This document shows positions 49,401 to 58,300 of a DNA stretch of 64,000 nucleotides, piece by piece. The notes beneath the pieces are model-generated. The model did no database searches. It was not told the origin of the DNA and saw only the letters and a program-made list of their open reading frames with translations. This DNA is from an uncultured Bacteroidales bacterium (lineage in GTDB: Bacteria > Bacteroidota > Bacteroidia > Bacteroidales > FEN-979), in the NCBI GenBank assembly GCA_903887775.1, contig CAISRB010000013.1:3074-67073 (forward strand), written 5' to 3'. The stretch's first letter is position 1. Each line of letters opens with the position of its first letter. The translations under genes were made by a program, and so were the position numbers.

Positions 49401-50864
49401 ATGAAAAATTTATTCCCCATTTTAGTGACTTTTCTCGTAATGATAAATTCACCATACGCTAAAGCACAGAATAGCTTTCTCTTTAGGCATATTAGTGAAC
49501 AAGACGAGACCCCATCCGGTATTATAGAGACTTCTGACGGAGGATTCATTATTTCAGCAGGAGCACATATTAATGAAGGGCCCGGCAATGCAATTTTATA
49601 CAGACTTAGAAGTAACGGAGATACTATCTGTTCAAGAACGGTTGTCAATTCCGGTGGTACATGCAGTTTAACAAGTTTAATAAAACTTGATAATGGCTAT
49701 TTTACCGGAGTTGGATTTAAAACATCGTCAGCAGGAATATATTATTTATGGTTATTGACATTTACTGATTCTCTTGTAATAATTCATGATACTGCGTTCC
49801 AAACAAATTATTCTTATTCTATTGACAGTCATATAATTCTTGATCACTTTCGTAATTTGATTGTTTACGGTTGTAACGGTGAATCTCTTTACCAATTTAA
49901 CATTTACATCTATCAGTTTTCTCAGAATACAGATTTGCTTTCTTATCATTTCTATGATAATCCTACGATGAATTTTCCTTTTTCTATGACTGAAAAACCT
50001 GATCATTCCGGCTATTACATGATGATATTTGGACATTATTTAATTAACACTAATTCGGCTTCACAGATTCTGTCTTTTGATTACTTATTTAATGTAACAC
50101 ATATCGATAGTATTCCAAGAGATCTTGCTATGTATTTCAGTTCTAAAAATATTAACAATAATGAATTTATTTTAACCGGAAAAAGGACATATCAGACTCA
50201 AACAATCAGGACAGATAAATTAGGCATCCTGAAAGTTGACACAGATCTGAGGGTAATAAAAGAGAATTATATCGGCCCTGAAGATACAATTAGTTATCCT
50301 GGGTATTTGTTAAATATGGATTTCTTGAATGTCAATAATATATACTATACTGGTGTCGCAAATCAATGCATCTATGGACATTTCCCTTCATCCCCATCAT
50401 ATATTTTACTTGGCAGATTTGATTCATCATTAAATCTGACCGGTGAGAAATATTATGGTGGAGATATGTATTATGAAGTATCGTGCATGGCCGCCACAAC
50501 CGATGGTGGATGCATTATCGGTGCTGCTTCTTATGATTGGAATACCCAAAATCAGGAACGTGATTTATACATTCTCAAGCTCGACTCTGGCGGAATAGTA
50601 ACAGGCATCAATAATCAGTCCCCTGTCCAGTCGCATGAAGTTATAGTTTATCCCAATCCCGGAGATGACCTGCTTTATGTTGAAACACAAATGAAATATG
50701 CAGTTTTTCATTTATATGATTTATCAGGAAGGGAGGTTCTTAGCAACAGGCTAATTCCTGGTCGGAATTCATTACAGGTCAGGTATCTTAATTCAGGACT
50801 ATATATCTACAAAGTAGCTCAGGATTTGCTGGTGAAAGAATACGGGAAATGGATTAAAAATTGA
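49401..50864 (+). CDS. T9SS type A sorting domain protein (beta-propeller-like)
   Basis: Signal peptide, ETSDGGFII/TTDGGCII repeats and CTD VYPNP...YDLSGR..LNSGLYIY..GKWIK. Confidence 0.85.
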   Translation: MKNLFPILVTFLVMINSPYAKAQNSFLFRHISEQDETPSGIIETSDGGFIISAGAHINEGPGNAILYRLRSNGDTICSRTVVNSGGTCSLTSLIKLDNGYFTGVGFKTSSAGIYYLWLLTFTDSLVIIHDTAFQTNYSYSIDSHIILDHFRNLIVYGCNGESLYQFNIYIYQFSQNTDLLSYHFYDNPTMNFPFSMTEKPDHSGYYMMIFGHYLINTNSASQILSFDYLFNVTHIDSIPRDLAMYFSSKNINNNEFILTGKRTYQTQTIRTDKLGILKVDTDLRVIKENYIGPEDTISYPGYLLNMDFLNVNNIYYTGVANQCIYGHFPSSPSYILLGRFDSSLNLTGEKYYGGDMYYEVSCMAATTDGGCIIGAASYDWNTQNQERDLYILKLDSGGIVTGINNQSPVQSHEVIVYPNPGDDLLYVETQMKYAVFHLYDLSGREVLSNRLIPGRNSLQVRYLNSGLYIYKVAQDLLVKEYGKWIKN

Positions 50865-50871
50865 AAGACAA

Positions 50872-52923
50872 ATGAAATCTGTTTTCTGGTTTATTTGTTT
50901 ATCTCTGATTTCATTAGCTGCACATCCCCAATGGACCTGGCAAAACCCATTACCGCAAGGCAATTCCTTATCCTCAGTTCATTTTACAGATACCAATACA
51001 GGGTATACCATTGGAGATTACGGGACCATAATAAAAACAATCAATGGTGGTTCAAGCTGGACTATTGTATCCAGTGGAACGACCAATTCCCTCATTTCAA
51101 TGTATTTCACAGATATTAATACAGGGTATTTGGTGGGTGACTCTGGAACAATCCTTAAAACCATTAATGGAGGCCTAAGCTGGGTTGAATTATCAAGTGG
51201 AACAGTCGATGGCTTGTCATCTGTTTTTTTTTCCGATGTAAATACCGGATATATCGCAGGTGAACATGGAACGATAATAAAAACAACAGATGCCGGCAAC
51301 AACTGGGTTGAATTGTCAAGCGGCACATCAAAATGGTTGCATTCGATCTGCTTCACCGGCTCAGATACAGGTTATGCGGTTGGCGAAGGTGAAATAATCA
51401 TAAAAACGACAAATGGAGGTTCAGACTGGAAAGTGTGGCACAATGGATCACTTTATAACTTAAATTCCGTTTGCTTTCCAGATCACAGAACAGGATATGC
51501 AGTGGGTGATTACGGGCTTATTTTAAAAACGCTGCCGGGAGATACGATCTGGACTCCACTTTCGGGAGGAACAGCAAATTCTTTAACTTCAGTTTATTTT
51601 TCCAATGATTGCACAGGGTATGCTGTAGGCTGGAATGGAACTATAATAAAAACAACCACCGGAGGGATGAGATGGAATGATTTATCGTGTATAACTCCAC
51701 ATGATCTTTCGGCAGTCTTTTTTAATAATGGGAATAGCGTGTACGCCGTTGGAAAATCAGGATGTATTATACGGTCACTGGATGGAGGAATTACCTGGAA
51801 CGAACTATCCAAAGGAACAACGGCTTATTTAGCTTCGGTTTACTTCATAAATGCCGGTACGGGTTATGTTGTTGGCCAGGCGGGTACTATCCTTAAAACC
51901 GTCAATGGAGGTTCAAACTGGAATACTTTGTTAAGCGGAACAACGAATGATTTATCATCAGTTTGTTTCACCGATAGCAGCACTGGATATGCCGCTGGCT
52001 GGAATGGATGCATTATAAAAACAATTGATGGTGGCAGTATATGGATATCATTGTCCGTTATAACATCAGATCCCTTGTATTCAATATGTTTTCCCACTAC
52101 AAATACGGGATATGCGGCAGGCTGGAATGGTACCATTATAAAAACAACCGATGGAGGGACAAGTTGGACAAAGCTTTCAAGCGGAACGACGAATGATTTA
52201 GCTGCAGTTAATTTTATCAGTGTTAACACCGGTTATGCAGCAGGGAAATCCGGAACCATTTTACAAACCACCGATGGAGGTAATAGCTGGTCAACCTTAT
52301 CCAGTGGAACAGACAGTTATCTGACATCAATTTTCTTTACCGATCTTAATACGGGATATGTGGTGGGTGAGCGCGGAACAATCCTCAAAACTGTCAATGG
52401 AGGTTCCAGTTGGGATGTTTTATACAGCGGTACATTATACCAGTTAAGATCAGCATACTTTGTTGATGCCAATAATGGTTATGTTGTGGAGGATTACGGG
52501 ATTATCCTGAAAACTGCAAACGGTGGCAAAACATGGACTTCGTTATCTTGCGGCACATCTTATTATTTATCCTCAATATTCTTTCCCGATATTAATACAG
52601 GGTTTGCGGTGGGTAATTATGGAACCATATTAAAAACCACCAACGGAGGAGGTGTTTTTATTGAAGAAACCGGATCACCTCATATCACATTCACAATACT
52701 CCCAAACCCTGCGAGTACCAGAATTTCAATTAAAAACAACAGGAAGTGGCCGGAAGAAACTATGATCAGTGTTCTTGATATTAGTGGGAAACAGCTTATG
52801 AAATATATTTTCCGTAATCAATATCTGTTTGACCTTGATTTAAGCATTCTTTCAAAAGGCATTTACCTGGTAAAAATTGAGACCAGGGAAGGGGTTGAGG
52901 TTAAGAAATTGATGATACAATAA
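50872..52923 (+). CDS. YCF48/BNR-repeat protein with T9SS type A sorting domain
   Basis: 14 tandem ~41-aa repeats (L.SV.F...TGY..G..G.I.KT..GG..W); CTD LPNPAS...LSKGIYLV..KKLMIQ. Confidence 0.9.
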   Translation: MKSVFWFICLSLISLAAHPQWTWQNPLPQGNSLSSVHFTDTNTGYTIGDYGTIIKTINGGSSWTIVSSGTTNSLISMYFTDINTGYLVGDSGTILKTINGGLSWVELSSGTVDGLSSVFFSDVNTGYIAGEHGTIIKTTDAGNNWVELSSGTSKWLHSICFTGSDTGYAVGEGEIIIKTTNGGSDWKVWHNGSLYNLNSVCFPDHRTGYAVGDYGLILKTLPGDTIWTPLSGGTANSLTSVYFSNDCTGYAVGWNGTIIKTTTGGMRWNDLSCITPHDLSAVFFNNGNSVYAVGKSGCIIRSLDGGITWNELSKGTTAYLASVYFINAGTGYVVGQAGTILKTVNGGSNWNTLLSGTTNDLSSVCFTDSSTGYAAGWNGCIIKTIDGGSIWISLSVITSDPLYSICFPTTNTGYAAGWNGTIIKTTDGGTSWTKLSSGTTNDLAAVNFISVNTGYAAGKSGTILQTTDGGNSWSTLSSGTDSYLTSIFFTDLNTGYVVGERGTILKTVNGGSSWDVLYSGTLYQLRSAYFVDANNGYVVEDYGIILKTANGGKTWTSLSCGTSYYLSSIFFPDINTGFAVGNYGTILKTTNGGGVFIEETGSPHITFTILPNPASTRISIKNNRKWPEETMISVLDISGKQLMKYIFRNQYLFDLDLSILSKGIYLVKIETREGVEVKKLMIQ

Positions 52924-52977
52924 TTTCATACAAATCGCCTGACAAAATTCAGAAACAGAGGCAAATATTTTTCCTGA

Positions 52978-54498
52978 TTATTTTTCCCCCGCCTCAAGCC
53001 AGTCTTTTACAAATTCCACCCAAACATCAAGCTTATCAAACAATTGGTAATTTGGCGGATAAGGAATGATCACATCCGGACTGATACCGATATTGTCGAT
53101 AGGATTGTCGGGCAGCCTGCGTGAACGTGTCATGGGATACCTCATGTAGTACTTCCCCGAAGGTAAATCAATTGGGATTGAATTGGAATAATCAAGCACA
53201 CCTGCGGTATGAGTATCGCCAAACAAAGTGACTTTATTGCTTGTTTTTGCCGCCAGCAGGAACTGTTCAGCTGAGGATCCGTTGCCCTCATTGATGATGA
53301 TACCGACCCGCCTGGGATATTTGTAAACAGTATCTTCTTTTACCATTTCATCCTTGCCCATCATCGGGTGGACCACATACCCCCCGGGGTTCTTTTTCAT
53401 CTCGGCCAGCAGTGCATTCGTCCATTTCAATCCTTCTTCCCCACCCCTCAGAGTTCCGTTCTTAATATCATCTTCATAAGCTTTGATATTATCTTCACAT
53501 GCGTACCATTCAACGCCTTTGCTGAAATACGGAGTTGTATAGATCAGGCTGAACAACATCTGCCACTCATCATCCTGTCCTCCCCCGTTGCCCCTGATGT
53601 CGATGACCAGGTTTGGCCTGCTCACAATATCGTTCCAGTGGCCCCTGATGGTTTTTTCCAATTGATCCTTAAACCCGTCGAAGCTGTTGGCCCTGATAAA
53701 GAAAGTGCTGTCGCTGAGTATGCCGTATGTAAAATAAATATTACCCCCGTTTGGATAAAGGGGTGAATATGATCTGATCAGGGCTATGTCATTGCGTGCA
53801 GACGATGTTTTCCGTACAAGGAACATCTGGTCATGAATTTCAAGGATATGCCGGTTAAGATGCAGGCTGGCCCTGGTCTTCGATGTCTTGGCGCCCTTCC
53901 AGGTCGTATGCTCAATTACATTAAAAGCAGTATCATTGGCCTGCGGATGGCTGTTGTTGTTAAGCCCGCTTTGCCCCTCCGGGCTGAACTCAAACATCAC
54001 CTGCCCGGGTTTCCAGTGAGCCATGCTCACCGAAACACCCAGGTAATTACGACTACCCTGGTCTTTCACCACGGCCAGCTCTCCCCAGCCTGAAACCCAT
54101 AGTCCTTCTATGGTTTTCAAACCGGCAGTTCCTGAAAACAACTCATTGGTGTCAACAGCAATATTCTTCCCGTAAGATGAAGTATCACCCTGCACCCATT
54201 CCCGGTCAGGACCTGGGTTTCTTCTTACCTTGAGGTGATGGTCCCTGAAAAACCGGCAATACTCATCCAGGTAAAGCCCGCAGGAATCGGGATATAATAC
54301 TATCTTTTTGCGGAGTTCCTGCTCAAACAGGGCAAGTTCCGCCACCTTTTCCCCCCTGATCTTGACATCATAACCGGGGTAATCAGATTTAACTTTGGCA
54401 ACAACAAAGTCAAAGTCGGTCATACAGGAAGACTGCTGGGAAAAGGAGTAACTGCAGCAAAGTAACATGCTGATTGCGAAAAAGAAAGATTTTTTCAT
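52978..54498 (-). CDS. S41 family peptidase (secreted)
   Basis: Signal peptide, DYPGY, VIDIRGNGGG, GSSAEQF, TAGVLDYSN and GISPD. Confidence 0.88.
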   Translation of the reverse strand: MKKSFFFAISMLLCCSYSFSQQSSCMTDFDFVVAKVKSDYPGYDVKIRGEKVAELALFEQELRKKIVLYPDSCGLYLDEYCRFFRDHHLKVRRNPGPDREWVQGDTSSYGKNIAVDTNELFSGTAGLKTIEGLWVSGWGELAVVKDQGSRNYLGVSVSMAHWKPGQVMFEFSPEGQSGLNNNSHPQANDTAFNVIEHTTWKGAKTSKTRASLHLNRHILEIHDQMFLVRKTSSARNDIALIRSYSPLYPNGGNIYFTYGILSDSTFFIRANSFDGFKDQLEKTIRGHWNDIVSRPNLVIDIRGNGGGQDDEWQMLFSLIYTTPYFSKGVEWYACEDNIKAYEDDIKNGTLRGGEEGLKWTNALLAEMKKNPGGYVVHPMMGKDEMVKEDTVYKYPRRVGIIINEGNGSSAEQFLLAAKTSNKVTLFGDTHTAGVLDYSNSIPIDLPSGKYYMRYPMTRSRRLPDNPIDNIGISPDVIIPYPPNYQLFDKLDVWVEFVKDWLEAGEK

Positions 54499-54830
54499 AG
54501 CGCAGGCTGGGTTTTAATTTGCCTCTTTTGTGGATTGTATTGAACCGGGGGTTTTGGGAATTGATTACTGGGTTCATTAAGTTTATTAAAAGATATTTTT
54601 GGGACAACTCCTATCGCCAGTGATATTTCCACGAGTTTAGACAATGTGAAATTAAAATTACCATTTAAAATCTGTGAGATATATCCTCTTGAAACACCAA
54701 GTTTTTCGGCAAATTGTGTTTGGTTTAATCCATGCTCTTTCAGGTAGTTGTGAACTTCTCTGAATAACTCATTCTGTATTGTCTCAATCCAGTATTCTGG
54801 AGTTTGAACTAATTCATTTTGCGATATCAT
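54495..54830 (-). CDS. XRE-family HTH protein (putative antitoxin)
   Basis: GLNQTQFAEKLGVSRGYISQILNG..NFTLSKLVEI. Confidence 0.85.
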   Translation of the reverse strand: MISQNELVQTPEYWIETIQNELFREVHNYLKEHGLNQTQFAEKLGVSRGYISQILNGNFNFTLSKLVEISLAIGVVPKISFNKLNEPSNQFPKPPVQYNPQKRQIKTQPAL

Positions 54831-54831
54831 A

Positions 54832-55224
54832 TTAATGTATTTTTTGATATATGTAATGTTGTTTTATGTTCCTAAAATATCTGATATTAATCTTTTGCTT
54901 ACCCTTTTTACTGCCAGTCACAATGATCCGGCCTATATTTTCTTCATGAAAAAGGTAAACACGAAGATTTCGAGTTTTAATTTCATATTCCTTAATTGGG
55001 TCTCCTTTCTTTGTAATATTTCTGAATTTCATTTCCGGCAACAATTTTCCATCCGCCATCTCTGACAACCGAACCTGGATTGAATGTAATTCCTTTCTGT
55101 ATGTAGTCTCTTTACGAATCAATTTTTCGAATTCGTCATAAGGGCTTTTCTCATTAATTAAAAGTTTAAAAACACTAATCCTCCTGGAAACTTCAGGTAT
55201 CTTTTGTAATGCAAATATAATCAT
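54832..55224 (-). CDS. Putative RelE/HigB-like toxin
   Basis: Basic 130-aa protein with EYEIKTRNLRVYLF...IIVTGSKK, immediately upstream of the HTH gene. Confidence 0.6.
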   Translation of the reverse strand: MIIFALQKIPEVSRRISVFKLLINEKSPYDEFEKLIRKETTYRKELHSIQVRLSEMADGKLLPEMKFRNITKKGDPIKEYEIKTRNLRVYLFHEENIGRIIVTGSKKGKQKINIRYFRNIKQHYIYQKIH

Positions 55225-55370
55225 TGATGTTTAGTTTTAACTTAACTTGGTTGTTCTTTTTTCTTAATCCGGTGAACCGGCAAAAAGTGATAGGATTTTT
55301 CGGGAAATTCTAATCGCCAATTTTTATATTAAGATGAAATTATTGCTACCTTTCAGCAAAATCCCGCCTT

Positions 55371-58300
55371 ATGTCACCCAGAAAAAAACTTTTGCTCTTT
55401 ATTGGGATACCTGCTTTGGTAATCCTGGTTGCACTGGTTCTCATCCAGCTCAACGGCAAATCTTTAAAAGGACCGCTGATGCATGTCAATTCAGCCTTCA
55501 GGCAGTATGTCCAGGCTTTTACCTCCGGGCTGGTTTCAACCCATTCCACAATTAAAATCAGAATGGCTGATGATTATGTTGACTCATCCTCACTGATTGT
55601 CGCGATGAAGGAAGATCTCCTGAAGATCAAACCTTCAATTAAAGGAACATCATACTGGATCGACAGCCGTACGATAGAATTCAGGCCCGATGAGCCATTG
55701 CCCCCCGACCAGGTCTATACCGTTCAGTTCCTGCTGTCAAAACTGCTCACCGTCCCCGACTCGATGAAAACGATGGAGTTCCAGTTTCAGACCATACGCC
55801 AGGATTTTGATGTGACCATTGATAATCATAAAGCTTATTCCGAGGCAGATCTGTCAAAAGAAAAACTTACCGGAACTGTTTTTACCGCTGATGTGGCCGA
55901 CGACAAGCAAGTGGAATTGATGCTTACGGCAAAGCAGGATGGAAGGAATTTGCCTGTTACCTGGCAGCACGACTCCAAAAACAACCAGCATAATTTTCAG
56001 GTCGATTCCATTATCCGCAGTACCCAGGCTTCATCTGTAAAGCTGGACTGGAACGCTAATTCGATAGTCGCCGCCGCCGATAAGCAGTTTACCGAAGAGA
56101 TCGCAGCGCTCGGAGATTTCAAATGGCTGGAATTACGGAATGTCGCTGCCGGTGAGCCTTGTTTCCTGTTGAGGTTCACTGATCCCCTGAAGCATGACCA
56201 GAACCTCGAGGGACTGATCCGTATCGGCAAATTAAGCACGGTGAGGTACTCCATCCAGGATAATGAACTGATCATTTATCCGCCTGCCGAAATGGAAGGC
56301 AGTCCCCGGCTGAGTATCGAGCCCTCGCTGCGAAACTGCCAGGGGAAAGAACTTGGTAAACGTATTGTTCAGAATTTATCGCCCGAAGGCAACAAGCCCA
56401 ATGTGAGGTTTGTGGGCACGGGGGTTATCATGCCTTCCTCAAACAATATGCTGATCCCTTTTGAGGCCGTTAATCTGAAGGCCGCCGACGTAAAGGTTAT
56501 CCGCATTTATGAGAATAATATTCTTCAGTTCCTGCAGATCAATGAACTCGGGACAAACTATGATCTCTCGAGGGTGGGAAGAGTGGTCGTGAATAAAACC
56601 ATCCCCCTGAACGGTGTTGCAGATTACGGGCGATGGAACCGTTTCTCGATTGATATGTCGACATTGATCAAAGCTGAACCGGGGGCTATCTATTCAGTGA
56701 ACATCAGCTTTAAGAAACAATATTCAACTTATCCATGTACTACCGGAGAAACAAAGCAAACCCCCGACATGGTCTTCATCCGAAATACCGAAAAAGAGAA
56801 CGACAGGGAAAGCTGGAATTATTATAACAGCTATGATGAAGAAGGGAATGATAACGGGGGTTGGGAAAATTACAGGTGGAACGAAAAGGATGATCCCTGC
56901 AAGGCTTCTTATTACTTCAATAAAACAGCCAACCGCAATGTTCTTGCTTCAAACCTGGGAATGATCGCGAAAGGGGGCAGCGGAAATTTGTTCAGGGTCT
57001 TTGTCACTGACCTGATCTCTTCAAAACCTGTTTCTGGTGCAGAGGTTGAATTCTACAATTACCAGCAACAGAAGATTGGAAAAACTTCCACCGACGGAGA
57101 TGGCATGGCTGAGATCAGGCTGAATTCCAGGCCTTTCATTGCAGTGGCGAATAAAGACAAAGAAAAGGCCTGGCTGAAACTGGCAGAAGGCAATTCGGTT
57201 TCGCTATCCATGTTTGACGTGGGAGGTGAGCCCGTTCAGAAAGGCATTAAAGGATTTATATACGGTGAAAGGGGAGTGTGGAGGCCGGGAGATTCGATTT
57301 ACCTGACTTTCATCCTGGATGACAAAACCGGGAAGCTCCCGGCAAACCACCCTGTGAGCCTTTCACTTTATAATCCAAGCGGGCAGATGGTGTCACGTTC
57401 GGTACTTACTTCTTCCGTTAATGGATTCTATTCATTCAGAACGACGACGCCTCCCGCTGCTCATACCGGGAACTGGCTTGCGAAGGTGAAGGTTGGAGGA
57501 GCCGAGTTCCAGAAGACCCTTAAAATCGAGACGGTAAAGCCAAACCGCCTGAAGATCCGGATGGATTTTAACAAAGCTTACCTGCAAAAGAACAAGATCC
57601 CTCCTGTGATGCTTCAGGCCGACTGGCTCACAGGGGCTATAGCCAGGGGTTTAAAAGCACAGGTAAACCTTACGCTTACCAAGTCGGTAACGGCCTTCAA
57701 ACAGTTCCCGAATTACACTTTCGACAACCCCACCGCCGGATTTGCAGCTGAAAACATCAGTGTTTTCGACGGGAAGCTGAATGAGGAAGGAAAAGCAACC
57801 ATTACTCCGGTGATCCATGTGACTAATGTCGCGCCCGGCGTGCTCAATGCCAGTTTCGAGACCAAGGTGTTTGAAGACGGGGGAGATTTTTCTATAGACC
57901 GTTTTACGATTCCCTACTATCCTTATGTTTCCTTTGCCGGCCTCAGTGTACCTCTTCCCTCGGCCCGTGAACGTGTGCTCTATACCGATAAGCCTTATAA
58001 TATAAGTCTTGTGAATGTCGACCCCGACGGGAACATCATTAGTTCGAACAAGTTGAAAGTGGAAGTGTTTAAACTGGAATGGAGATGGTGGTGGGACGAT
58101 TCGGAAAAGGGCTCCGCAGATTTTGTTTCCACATCCCACCTCCGGCCGGTCGATTCCGCAACTGTAAAAACGGTCAACGGGAAAGCCAGCTATGAATTCA
58201 GGGTTGATTACGAAGAATGGGGAAGATACCTGATCAAGGTAACCGACAGATCGTCGGGCCATATGGCAGGCAAGGTGGTGTATGTTGACTGGCCCGGCTA

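Noticed and set aside
44290..55330. Integrative element or prophage explaining the AT-rich region
   Set aside because: I found no integrase, transposase, tRNA or flanking direct repeats.
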